A stretch of DNA of 64,000 nucleotides from Nitrospirota bacterium (GTDB lineage: Bacteria; Nitrospirota; JACRHJ01): the NCBI GenBank assembly GCA_963733375.1, contig CAVTDB010000003.1, positions 128,001-192,000 of the forward strand, written 5' to 3'. Positions 52,674 to 63,130 of this stretch are shown here, piece after piece. The position numbers were made by a program, and so were the translations under genes. The first letter of the stretch is position 1, and each line of letters opens with the position of its first letter. The notes under the pieces are model-generated. The model was given only the letters and a program-made list of their open reading frames with translations, ran no database searches and was not told the DNA's origin.

Positions 52674-54616
52674 CGACAACCCCTTCGTGCCAGCCACTCC
52701 CGTCACGCCAGTAATGCTGCAGTTTATTATCAGTACGGAGCACAATAACTTCGAGATTAAACCCATAGCTTCCCTCAACCAAAGCGATAACTGCCCACAC
52801 ATCATGGCCGAAGGTGGCGCTTTGACGCCAGAGCATATCGCTGGAGTTAGCACACCACCAATGCTGTACGGTTCCCCCCGAAGTAGCAACACAGAGTTCA
52901 AAGTTTCCTACGGACGTTCTCGTCTTTAGCACCGTATTGTCCTTCAATCATGCAGGGGGGACTACTGACACTACTTCCAAAATTTGCACCTTCCTTCCAT
53001 GCCATACCATGGTCATTATCACGCCGCCAGTGTTGCATCTTTCCGGAGCTCAAAACACATACCAGTTCAAAATTGCCTTTATTATAATAATGGCTTTGTA
53101 TTAGTGTGGCTCCGCTGTGCATTACGTCGCTGGCAAAGCGACCGCCGTCGTGCCAACCCGCCCCATCTCGCCACCAATGATTCAACTTGCTGTCCGCCGT
53201 ACGTACCACGACTTCAAAGTTTCCGGGAGCATTATAATTACTTTGAATAAATCCAGGAACTCCTGCCGCATCGCTTGGACCGAAAATTCCTCCGTCGTTC
53301 CATTTCTGGCTTGACTGATCAAACCACCAATGATGAAGGCGTCCCGAACGTGTTAGATGGACAGACTCAAAATTGCGGTTAAAGGTAGTGCCTATGAATG
53401 TGGGACAGGACTTCAACGTATCATTTCCAAAAAGCGGCCCTTGGTGCCAGGGAAAACCTGTAGCCGAGTTGTCTCTCCACCAATGCCTGATCTGATTGCC
53501 CGGAGCTGCGGTCAACATCTCGAAATTCCGGTGCAAGGCTCCATTACCGCTTTCAATCATGCAGCCACTGTGAATGCGCCTTTTTGTCCATGGATCAGGA
53601 TTTGTACCCTGAAAACCTAACTTAGCGTAGGAATCAATGTCACATTCACCATAGCCGATACGGCCAAAACCACCCTGACCCCATGCAGGCCCCCAGGAGT
53701 TCTTTACAATCCAACAACTTAGAGAATCATCATAGCCGATGATCAACATAAAATGTCCACCCTCGGCTTTGTTAGGGGTAAACCCTATCATGTTTTGTTT
53801 GTGATAAACACCGGTGCCATATGAAAAGAAATCATCCCAGACTTCGATAAAAGTAGTTATGGGTCCGACAGTATCCAGCCATTTTTTCTGGTCAGCAATA
53901 TTACCAATTGGCGTATAATCCGGTATTTTGATCGTGCGGCCTGAGCGATCCGCTGTAGGTGTGTAGGCGACTTGGTCATACGGTCCGCCGCCCGTACCAC
54001 CGCAGCCTGAACATCCCGATGATGTAACAGGCCAAGCAAAGCAACCTGGATCGGCCGCACCATGATCCTTCATCCAGTCCAAAGCAGCGCCAGGGTTGCC
54101 GCAATCACAGCAGTGGCTACCCATACCCTTATGAACATCTCCTTCTGATATCCAGGGCCAAACGCAGTGCTCAATTCGGGCCATTGCTTCCACGAGGGCT
54201 ACCGCAGTGAAACACCAACAAGCCTCACAACCATTCTGATCGCGAAAACTGGTAATCCACGGCCAACCCCACCTGTTGCGCCAATCGAGGCTTGCCGGCA
54301 CTGTGCCTCCCGACGGTAAAATTCCCTCTCCGGGTTCTATTTCAGGCAGAGAACCTAAATGAAACTCTTTTTTGACGACAGATTCAGGAATGATGCCATG
54401 CGCTATCCTACGCTGAAGGATAAAAGGATTATTTGGTTGGATCTTAAAAAGATTTATAAAGTCGATTGGCTTTACATCTACCGATCGTATTAAACCCTCC
54501 TTTAGACCGCCTAGTGTACGTACAGGAATGTCCTGAATATCCAGAAGATTATCATTAACGGACCATCTTGCTTTGTTCTTTTCAAGAGTTTCCCTCAGAT
54601 CTTTTATTTTCGGCAT
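52660..54616 (-). CDS. Papain-family (C1A) cysteine protease with C-terminal Trp-rich propeller repeats (frameshift near 52910)
   Basis: LDWRN, DQNGCEACWCF, GGHFMLIIGY, IVKNSWG; repeats NFE...HWWRD...W. Confidence 0.88.
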
Positions 54617-55010
54617 ATTTTGCTCCTATTATTCTGCGTTAGGTTATATTCAATCCTTCCAATTTCAGTTGGACAAGTCTTTCTATCCGTTACCTATTCG
54701 CGCTCGTAACACAATCAAATATGGCCTCCCCCCAGCAAATTCTTCTGGTATAACACTCGACATTTGGTCGCTTTAAGGTGAATGCTGGCAAATATTTACA
54801 GAATCAATAAAATAGCGGAAGGACAAATGCAAGAACAATGCGGCATAGTAGCCTCCGACGCTCAAGATTTTGAGGATATTCTTGAGGATATTTTGTGAAT
54901 GCAGCTTTAACGTTACTTCCATCGATGGAAAGACAATTGTGAAATTAATCTCCGCGCCAGTAAATATTTATATTCGGGATAACAGAACAATTAAATTTTG
55001 TCAATTCTAA

Positions 55011-56586
55011 TTAAACTGGAATTTCAACAATAAATCTGGATCCATTTCCTTCTCCATCCGATTCAGCCCAAATCCTTCCGCCGTTATTTTCTATCATCTG
55101 CTTCCCGACATACAGCCCGAGTCCGGTACCGCCAGTATTGAGACGAGATGTATCCTTGCCCCTTGAGAATTTGGCGAAAAGGTACGGAAGCTCACTCTGT
55201 GGAATTCCGATTCCGGTATCCGAAACAGTGACCCGGATGTTCCCTTTGACCTGTTCAAGATTCAGTTTAACTCCGCCTTTTGGCGTATACTTAATCGCAT
55301 TATCTACAAGATTGGAAATCACCTCCCTAACTTTCAGGCCATCGATAGTGACTTCGGGTAGTGGACTTGCCGGTTTTATATATTCCAAGCCCAGGTTGTG
55401 CTCTTTGGCCTTCAAAGCCAGAGTATCTATGACCTCCTGACAAAGATCCTCCATCTTCCATTTGGCAAATGTGAACTCCATCCTGCCTGATTCAATCCGG
55501 GAGATGTTGAGGAGGTCCTCGACGAGGTTTACTGAGCGGTCGCCGCTATCATATATCTTACTTAAGGCATCACGTAATTGAGATTCGACGTTTCCATAAG
55601 CGCCTTCAAGAGCGAGTGAAGCATATCCCTTAATCGCGGTAAGCGGGGTTTTGAGTTGATGGGAGGCAATGGAAAGAAAATCCGATTTGGCGTTATCCAG
55701 TTTCCGGAGTTTATCATTGGCCTGAGCGAGCCTATTGGACATCAACTGAAGTTCTTCCTTACGCTTTACTTCGCTTAAAACACTCTTTACCATGAAAACG
55801 GATAATAGTGTAAGCACGACAAACATTATAGATTTATAAATTCTCTGTCCTATTGTATCCGCCACAAATATCTCCATTAAGGAAGCGCCTATAATGAAAA
55901 TGGACAATAGTTCAAAAGCGACCACCTTTATATTCATCCATCTATATTGCACTATGGCATAAGTGGTAAACCCCACAAAAATCAAAGAGCATGACACATC
56001 GAAGTTGGTAAATCTTTCATAACCCAAAGCCGGTAGGACCAGAACCAAACATGATGCTGCCCGCTCCATAAAGCAGGAATCCTGTCAGTATTGTCCGGTA
56101 ACGTTTCTTCTCTTCGCCGGAGCTTTTAAAGAAGTGCCCTACCAGCTTAATAAGCGCGAATAAATAAGCGAGTTCAAAGAAGGCCAGGAAGGGGATAAAT
56201 AACGGGCCTGCCTGCTCAGTAGTCCCCGTTATGCGATCAGGCTTGATGTTTGTAATGACCAGATTATTAATGAGCGGGGAAATGATAAATATAGACCCGA
56301 CAAGGCCTGTTAATATCTCTTTGGCTATTTTCCTTTTTGGGTCTAGTAAACCGTATATCCAGAATAATAAGAAAGTTGGGATTAGCGCGGCAGTCGAATA
56401 CGCTAATTCATCATAGAAGGCATGGCCGGTTTTATAGACAAAGAAATCAGCTAACGACCAGATAAAAGTGGAAATGGCAAAGAGGGCAAAAGGGATTTTC
56501 CCTTTTTCTGCCCGGGAATCAAAAATGACGACTATCCCTAGTATCAGGTTTATGATTCCCGTAAATATGATTATATATGCGGTCAT
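55011..56586 (-). CDS. Membrane sensor histidine kinase with multi-TM (7TM-type) input (frameshift near 56060)
   Basis: SHQLKTPL, NLVDNAIKY, DTGIGI, GTGLGL; N-terminal hydrophobic helices. Confidence 0.88.
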
Positions 56587-56738
56587 TGATGGAAATAAAT
56601 TTAAGAATACTGAAGCAGGAAATAGAATCGAGCGGAGGAGATAAAATTATTTAAGAAGCTTTTCTCTTACGAAATTATAACACAAAAAAGACCGCCCCGT
56701 AATATGAGCCGGTCAAAGAAATGGACATGCTTTATTGT

Positions 56739-58004
56739 CTATATTCCAAACCTGGCCCCCAAATCAATACAGGCTTCGACAAGCCTTTCGAGTTGGGGTT
56801 GAGTATTGATCGCCATCGGCATGAAACGAATCAGCGCTTCACCTTTCGGCACTGCCGGATATCTTGCAGCAGGCGCAAGTATGCCTCGGTCTTCCAAACC
56901 CTGGGCAATCATCTGAGCCTTTTCTTCATCACCGATCAACCAAGGCACCACGTGGTAATCACCCAGAACTGTAAAGCCCTTAGCTTTCAGCTGGTTCCTG
57001 ATATAAGAGGCATTATTGAGTACAGCCTCGCGTCTCCACGGCTCTTGAGCCGCTACATCAAGAGCTTTGATTGCGGCTGCGGGTATGGAGGGCGGGAGAG
57101 TGGCGGAAAAGACGTAGCCGCGAGAACTGACCCTGAGATATTTGATAAAAGTTTCGCTCCCTACGGTGAAGCCACCTCTCACGCCAAACCCTTTTGAAAA
57201 GGAGCCTACTATAAAATCGACTTTATCCTCGACTCCGAAGTGTTCGGCGGTGCCGCGTCCGTTTTTCCCCAAAACCCCGCTGCCGTGCGCGTCGTCCACC
57301 ATTAGTAAGGCGCCGTACTTCTGGGCCAGTTCAACCAGTTCAGGAAGCGGTGCCAAGTCCGCGGCCATTGAAAAGTATCCGTCGGTCACGATTAGCTTAC
57401 GCTTATGAGAAAACCTCTTCAAATGGCTTTCCAGATGATTCATATCGCAATGCCTGTAAACGTAGAGTCTATCGGGCCTGGCAAGCTTCACCGCGTCAAA
57501 AAGGCTGGCATGATTTAATTTATCAAAAAAGATTGCCGTGCCGCCAGCCAATTCGAACTGTTCAACCATGTGGGGCGGGAAAAGCGAAGCTAGCGGAGGA
57601 TTAATTGCGGTTGTTATTAAGCCCTGGCTGGTTAAGGTTACCGAGTTGAAAAAGATTGCAGATTCGGATCCCATAAACTTAGCTATTGCTTCTTCGGCTG
57701 CGGCATGAATATCGGTATATCCGGAGATAATTCCAGAGCTTGTTGTGCCAACCCCATATTTATCGATTGCGTCTATTGCCGCTTTCTTCATGACGGGATG
57801 ATTAGACAATCCCAGATAGCTACAGCTGCAAAACTGTAGCATCTTTTTGCCGCCGACGTATATTTCTTCCGCAGCTGGTGATCCGTTTATCGTCCTGATA
57901 ACCGGATAAACACCCATAACAGCATCGGCCAGCTTTTTGGTAGCCGAGAAAGGATCAAACCCTTGTTTCTTTTCGGACCCCATTACGTCTTGTGCTCTTG
58001 ACAA
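56739..58004 (-). CDS. PLP-dependent alpha-oxoamine synthase (BioF/CqsA family)
   Basis: SYLGL, NHASLFD, DGYFSM, DDAHG, GSFSKGFG, FSATLPP. Confidence 0.88.
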   Translation of the reverse strand: MSRAQDVMGSEKKQGFDPFSATKKLADAVMGVYPVIRTINGSPAAEEIYVGGKKMLQFCSCSYLGLSNHPVMKKAAIDAIDKYGVGTTSSGIISGYTDIHAAAEEAIAKFMGSESAIFFNSVTLTSQGLITTAINPPLASLFPPHMVEQFELAGGTAIFFDKLNHASLFDAVKLARPDRLYVYRHCDMNHLESHLKRFSHKRKLIVTDGYFSMAADLAPLPELVELAQKYGALLMVDDAHGSGVLGKNGRGTAEHFGVEDKVDFIVGSFSKGFGVRGGFTVGSETFIKYLRVSSRGYVFSATLPPSIPAAAIKALDVAAQEPWRREAVLNNASYIRNQLKAKGFTVLGDYHVVPWLIGDEEKAQMIAQGLEDRGILAPAARYPAVPKGEALIRFMPMAINTQPQLERLVEACIDLGARFGI

Positions 58005-58094
58005 TTCTCTACCCCTAATTATGATGAAGAAAACGCACTGAGCCTCTCTTTACAAAGCGGAGCTTAAAACAAGGGAGGCGGTGTAACCTATGAA

Positions 58095-58853
58095 ATGCAA
58101 AGCAAAAAAAAGAAAAAAGTTGTGGCGTATTGCAGGGTATCAACTTTAGAGCAGAAGAAAAAAGGGCATGGGATAGACATCCAGATTAGGGACGCTACTT
58201 TATTTGCAGAGAGGCATGGTTTATTGATTGAGAAATTCTACAGAGATGAGGGCGAGAGCGGCGTAAAGGAAGAGCGGAAGGCTTTAAAGCTATTGATGCG
58301 GGCTTGTAGGAATAACAGGATTGAGACGATTATCCTGCCGTCGCTCGACCGGCTCTCAAGGGAGGTCAGGATCGCCGAGAACATCTTTCATGAGCTTAAA
58401 AACCTGGGAGTGAAGGTTCTGATAGCTGACATGCCCTACTATAACGGAGAGCGCAAGGACATCCTGATTCGGCAGATTTTAGAGGCGATCGCTGAAGAAA
58501 ACAGAAGAGACATCATCGAACGGCTCTGGAAAGGACGGCAGGAAAGGACGAGGAAGGGCCTCTTCCCAGGCGGAAATCTGCCCTATGGCTATGTCCGAAA
58601 GAATAAGAAAATTTTAGTCCACCCTCACGAGGCCGATATTGTGAATCAAATTTATGCCTCGGCTTCTCACGGACTCTCAGGCGGGGCCATAGCGGATCGT
58701 TTAAATCAGTTTGGATACAGAAGAAGAAACGGCAAACCATGGACTCAGCGGCAGGTATGTCGAATACTGCACCACGTACGGATTTATCAAGGAGGATTAG
58801 TGCACTATGGAGAGGTTTTTGGAAGAATTAATTCCGCGGCTATTTTAGTTTAG
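58095..58853 (+). CDS. Serine recombinase (resolvase + recombinase domain; short)
   Basis: YCRVST..Q, DEGESG, LDRLSR, GGNLPYGY. Confidence 0.88.
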   Translation: MQSKKKKKVVAYCRVSTLEQKKKGHGIDIQIRDATLFAERHGLLIEKFYRDEGESGVKEERKALKLLMRACRNNRIETIILPSLDRLSREVRIAENIFHELKNLGVKVLIADMPYYNGERKDILIRQILEAIAEENRRDIIERLWKGRQERTRKGLFPGGNLPYGYVRKNKKILVHPHEADIVNQIYASASHGLSGGAIADRLNQFGYRRRNGKPWTQRQVCRILHHVRIYQGGLVHYGEVFGRINSAAILV

Positions 58854-58996
58854 CACTTAAAATTAAGAGCCTGTGCTGCGTTTGGGTTGTTGGTATACTG
58901 CTTATCCTTTATTTGAGTTATTCCAAGAGTTGTGGTAGAGTCAAATGTAGATATAGCCCTTATCCAAAGCTTACTTTTACTCTTGCGAGGGCTTTT

Positions 58997-59178
58997 ATGG
59001 CATCCTCACCCGCAAATTTTAAAATCATAGCAGATAACTCACAGACGTTGATAACTTGGAGCCTGACAGCTGTCGGGGGATCCATAGCCGCCATTGTCGG
59101 AACCTCATACCACAGCCCTGAACAATGTACGTATTGGCGTCTTATATATCTGCTCTTTATTCCAGGATGGATTTTCCT
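58997..59178 (+). pseudogene. Membrane protein gene interrupted by the Mu-like element end
   Basis: MASSP...LITWSLTAVGGSIAAIV...IYLLFIPGWIF runs into TGTAGCG at 59179. Confidence 0.55.
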
Positions 59179-59313
59179 TGTAGCGCACCAAAATCTGTGT
59201 CAGTAAAGCCACATTATTTGTCAGTGTGATAGCCGAGATATTTGTCAGAAATACTTCTCAAAGCTAACACCAAATTCTCAAATCATTTGGGAAATAATAT
59301 CACAAGGCGGGGC

Positions 59314-59366
59314 TTTAAAAAAGGTTTTAAAGGGGCCGAAAAGCCTCCTTTAAAACCTTTTTTAAA
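59314..59366 (-). terminator. Long hairpin after the protease gene
   Basis: tttaaaaaaggttttaaagg...cctttaaaaccttttttaaa. Confidence 0.7.
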
Positions 59367-59372
59367 CGGGGT

Positions 59373-60431
59373 TTATTCTACTCTTTTGCTGTATTTCTTG
59401 AAACTTTCAGCCGATATTCCGAAGCCCTTATTAACTTCCTGTTGTGTTGATCCGGCGATCAGGTTGGACTCAGGCAAGCGGCTCGCGCCGAACTCCCTGA
59501 GGGACACCACCACCGGCGCGACGGCGATAAAAGACTTTAACGCCTCTAAATCCTTCCCGGCCAGGTCGTCAGCCCAGGGACGCATAGCGGGCGTTATTTT
59601 ACCGGCCTGCATAGCCTCCTGTATGACGTTTTCAGTGTCCCGCACAACTATCTCTCTCCTTAGCTGTTCAAGTTCGCCCTGGGCCTCCTGTGCGTTCTCT
59701 TTATGCGCCTGTATTGTAGACGGAGGCCCGTTCTTGTCGATGCACTTTTTCCATGCGGCCTCTATCTTGTCCATGATTTCCTTTTGCTGCTCAGGAGTAT
59801 AAGCGGCGGCGTCTTCCTGGCGGTTGATGGAATCCCAAGCCGCCCGCACCCGCTCCGGGTCCAATTTGCCGCCCTTCTTTAACGGGTATCTGGGCATTCT
59901 GTCCGACTGATACCCCATATCAGCGTATCCGGCCTCTTTGTGCGTCCCGTACTCGCCTTTTGGGGGAGTATCATCAACACCCTCTTTGTTGACGACGGGG
60001 ATCATGCCGTCAATCGCGGGCGCATTTGTTAAGGCGGCGTTCACGAATTCAATAACCCGGCCTGTAGCCTTTTTTACGAAAACGACCGGAGAGAGATAAC
60101 GGTATTCGCGGTTTTTAAGATACTCCCGCGCCTTCTCGGTCCATTCCACGGTAGCCCAAATGCCGCCTTCCTTGCCGTCGCCCCTATCTTCAAGCCCCTT
60201 TATCCAACCCGCAGCCGGGGCCTGTGTCCCCGCTAAGGTTTGGTGTTCATAGTCAATCACCGTGTCATTTTGAAGCGCCGAATATTTAGCAAGAACCTCT
60301 TTCCTTGATTCGGCGTCCACCAGCATCTCAGGCTTCCCTTTCGGAGAGATTTTACCGCCCGGAAGAACCTGTATAAAGGTCGGAATCCCCTGTAAATCCG
60401 CACCAACTGAAAATGCTACTTTCTCCTTCAC
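59373..60431 (-). CDS. Mu-like prohead protease/scaffold (gpI)
   Basis: IDYEHQT, APAAGWI, VEWT..AREYL..REYRYLSPV, AALTNAPAI, GKITPA. Confidence 0.9.
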   Translation of the reverse strand: MKEKVAFSVGADLQGIPTFIQVLPGGKISPKGKPEMLVDAESRKEVLAKYSALQNDTVIDYEHQTLAGTQAPAAGWIKGLEDRGDGKEGGIWATVEWTEKAREYLKNREYRYLSPVVFVKKATGRVIEFVNAALTNAPAIDGMIPVVNKEGVDDTPPKGEYGTHKEAGYADMGYQSDRMPRYPLKKGGKLDPERVRAAWDSINRQEDAAAYTPEQQKEIMDKIEAAWKKCIDKNGPPSTIQAHKENAQEAQGELEQLRREIVVRDTENVIQEAMQAGKITPAMRPWADDLAGKDLEALKSFIAVAPVVVSLREFGASRLPESNLIAGSTQQEVNKGFGISAESFKKYSKRVE

Positions 60432-60447
60432 TTAAACCTCCTATTCA

Positions 60448-60999
60448 TCACACCCCCTTCAACAAAAAGTCTTCAAGCTCTTCACCAATCTCCCGCCAGT
60501 CCTCGTCCTGGACAACCAGGAAGGGCCTGGCGGGGATGGTTACCTTTTTGCCGCGCCCAGCCTTGCCGCCGAAGTTCTGAATCGCGGCGTATTTTTTATC
60601 CGACCCGACCACAATACCGCCGTCACTTGCCCTAACAACAATATCATCTGAGAGTTGCCCCGACTTAATGAGGATTTTGCGCCTCTTGCGTATCTCTTCG
60701 GGGCTCATGCCTTTCTGATAGCCGCCGCTCTTCTTTAGGACGCCGCCTTGGCCGTACTTATTTTTCCCCGCGTACAGCGACGCTACTGAAAGTTCTTTCC
60801 ACTTCTCGTTGCCGCCTTTCGCGCTGCCCGGCTCCGAGTACCGGCCCCCGACCTCGAAGTTTTTTATGACGGAGGTCCTGACCGTCTCGCCCATTTTCTT
60901 AAAAGCGGGCAGGAGCTTGCCCGTGCGGCGTCCAATTTCGAGGAGTTTTTTAATTCCCGTATCGTCTATTTCGACCTTTAACGGCTCAAATCCCGACAT
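60448..60999 (-). CDS. Mu gpG-like virion morphogenesis protein
   Basis: LIKSGQL, VGSDKKYAAIQNFGG, IPARPFL. Confidence 0.88.
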   Translation of the reverse strand: MSGFEPLKVEIDDTGIKKLLEIGRRTGKLLPAFKKMGETVRTSVIKNFEVGGRYSEPGSAKGGNEKWKELSVASLYAGKNKYGQGGVLKKSGGYQKGMSPEEIRKRRKILIKSGQLSDDIVVRASDGGIVVGSDKKYAAIQNFGGKAGRGKKVTIPARPFLVVQDEDWREIGEELEDFLLKGV

Positions 61000-61065
61000 G
61001 ATCTCCTCTCCCTCTGTAAAAATTCCATTTTTAAGTGCCCCTTAAACGCTGGTGCTGCCCTCTCT

Positions 61066-61099
61066 CCCCCGGAGGGCTACATTCGTAGCCCTCCGGGGG
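61066..61099. terminator. 15-bp-stem hairpin after the capsid gene
   Basis: cccccggagggctac-attc-gtagccctccggggg. Confidence 0.7.
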
Positions 61100-61136
61100 A
61101 GTCGGCGCAACGGGCGAGAAGGGTCCCCGGTGCGGC

Positions 61137-62027
61137 CTATTGAGTGCCGTCGCTGCCGTATGCTAACTGCCAAAGGCCATAGCCCGCGTTATCGCGGCTG
61201 TCCACGCCGAACTTGTACTCTTTCTTCATAAACACGGAATCTTCATCCGGGCGGTTGATCATTGTCACCACCGGCGCTTTGCGCTGCTGGAATACGAGCG
61301 CCTTAACCGCCTTCTTGCTATCTAAGAGATACCAGGCGGTCGGACTGGCGGACAGGCCGGGAACCACCAAAAGTTCGGCGCTGCCCTTCCATTGATTTGA
61401 TGTTGCGTCGATCAAGTCGTTATGGAGGAGAATGCGGCCAACCTCCTCAAGTTGCGGCGGCACGGCGAGAAGATCGGGCACGATGTTTAATATCTTTCCC
61501 TGGTCATCCTTCAAGGACATCATCTGCGACCTGGCAAGCGCATAACTGTTTGAGGCGAGGATGCCGTGGCCGAGATTCGATTGTATCGCGCCATCGAGGC
61601 CATAAGGGTGTGCAGCGGTGAAAAAGGGTAGGCCGTCGTAACATAAGCCTGTGAAACCGCCAAGGAGAAGCTCATATAAAAGCTCGTCCGGGTGGTATTT
61701 CGCGGCCTCTGCCATTGAAGCCACAAGCGGCTTATATACGCCATACCTGTCGTCTTCAATGTCATTCCTGTCGATCGCGACGGTTGATTCCCAGTCCCGG
61801 TTCTTTATGCTGTAGTCATACAGCTTCATGTTAGCCAGGACCCTTTCACCTATCCATTCCCGCATCCTGGGGAACCTGCCGAGCCATGCGTAAATTTCTT
61901 CCCGCGTGGCAGAGGGAACCGTCGTGGCGAGCTTATTTAAGACGCTGGGCGTCGTCTCAAACACCTCATTAAAGATCGTTGCGACACTTTGGTAAACGAT
62001 CTGCAAATTCGCCTGATTGATAATCAT
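61137..62027 (-). CDS. Mu-like major head protein (gpT family)
   Basis: YAWLGRFPRMREWIGER, NRDWESTV..RNDIEDD, CYDGLPFF, FQQRK, GVDSRDNAGYGLWQLA. Confidence 0.92.
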   Translation of the reverse strand: MIINQANLQIVYQSVATIFNEVFETTPSVLNKLATTVPSATREEIYAWLGRFPRMREWIGERVLANMKLYDYSIKNRDWESTVAIDRNDIEDDRYGVYKPLVASMAEAAKYHPDELLYELLLGGFTGLCYDGLPFFTAAHPYGLDGAIQSNLGHGILASNSYALARSQMMSLKDDQGKILNIVPDLLAVPPQLEEVGRILLHNDLIDATSNQWKGSAELLVVPGLSASPTAWYLLDSKKAVKALVFQQRKAPVVTMINRPDEDSVFMKKEYKFGVDSRDNAGYGLWQLAYGSDGTQ

Positions 62028-62040
62028 ACTTCTCTGCCTC

Positions 62041-62313
62041 CTATTGAGATTGTTTTTGCCGCATTATTGCGGAACCTTCACGCCGTCTTTCATAAGCTTC
62101 TTTATAAAGCCTAAAAAGCTCTTCCTCTTCATAGCCCAATTTAGTAATAGCAACTGCCAATTTTTCATAGGTAGAAAACTGCGGCACGGCCCCATGTTCT
62201 ATATCGCTCAACGTCTGGTTAGAAAAATTGAAACGCTTCTCAAAGTCCACGATTGTCAGCCCCGCCCGGAGACGAGCTTCAAGGATATATTTTGCCAGGG
62301 TGGAAGCTTTCAT
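62041..62313 (-). CDS. XRE-family HTH protein
   Basis: ARLRAGLT...SNQTLSDIEHG..P. Confidence 0.75.
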   Translation of the reverse strand: MKASTLAKYILEARLRAGLTIVDFEKRFNFSNQTLSDIEHGAVPQFSTYEKLAVAITKLGYEEEELFRLYKEAYERRREGSAIMRQKQSQ

Positions 62314-62591
62314 TTCGGGGGCCTTTTGATTCCCTTCACGACGTAATTAATCCAGCGAGTAGTTTTTTCATATTTCCTTGCTAATTTTCTCACGTCCGCC
62401 CCTGTGCTGAATTCTTCTCTAATGCTCCTGTTTCTTGCCCTTGCCGTGCAACGCTTAAAAATCGGAACATACATGGCAGTACCGCCTATTTTTTCGCAAA
62501 GCTGTACCGCCATATCCAGCCCGATCACGTCCGCCACCCTTAAATAATAGTCAGGGAAATCTTCTATCTTTATTTCTTCTTTAAGGTCCAT
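62310..62591 (-). CDS. Mor/C-family transcription activator
   Basis: IGLDMAVQLCEKIGGTAMYVP, RNRSIREEF, LARKY..TTRWI. Confidence 0.85.
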   Translation of the reverse strand: MDLKEEIKIEDFPDYYLRVADVIGLDMAVQLCEKIGGTAMYVPIFKRCTARARNRSIREEFSTGADVRKLARKYEKTTRWINYVVKGIKRPPK

Positions 62592-62694
62592 TAAATTGCT
62601 CCCTTAAGTTTAGGGCCGGACCCGATAGACGGTGCGGGTCCGGCCCCCATTGCCAGGGGAGAGAGGAGGAAGTCCCCGGCAAATTATAAATCAC

Positions 62695-63060
62695 TCAAAC
62701 TTCCCCCGATGAAACTAACATTTCCGATATCTCTACAAGGCGCTTTATCTGGTCCTCCAAAAGATAAGCGATACCTGTTAATCGTCGGATATTGAAATTT
62801 TGCGTCTCTCCAAGGGCAAGTAGAGATTCAGTAATTCCCTCAAGCCGGAAAGTGACATTATCAATTTCATCACGCTGATCTGCCGCTATGGGAAAAAGCT
62901 CTCGAAGCGTTTTAGCCGTTGGAGTAATCTTAAGCTTCGGCGTTAAAGACCTGCTTCTTTTCTCAATCTCCTTGCCTATAGTCTGAATTAAGCTTGTCAG
63001 CTTTTTATCACTCGCAGTGCTGATTTCATGTTTAAACTCGCGGCCCATTGTCTCCCCCAC
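62695..63060 (-). CDS. Hypothetical protein
   Basis: 121-aa co-oriented ORF within the element; no motif recognised. Confidence 0.6.
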   Translation of the reverse strand: MGETMGREFKHEISTASDKKLTSLIQTIGKEIEKRSRSLTPKLKITPTAKTLRELFPIAADQRDEIDNVTFRLEGITESLLALGETQNFNIRRLTGIAYLLEDQIKRLVEISEMLVSSGEV

Positions 63061-63130
63061 TCTAAACCTCGTTTAAAAGGCGTTTAAAAGCCTCTGCGCG
63101 GTCCTTAAAACGCAACCGCCTCCCTTACCC

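Noticed and set aside
872-56586. More than a dozen genes split by single-base frameshifts, suggesting mass pseudogenisation or programmed frameshifting
   Set aside because: The breaks are single indels scattered across unrelated genes with otherwise intact motifs, which best fits long-read consensus error; read polishing is needed to decide.
56739-58004. Assigning the gene symbol bioF
   Set aside because: The family is clear, but there is no biotin operon context, so substrate specificity cannot be assigned.
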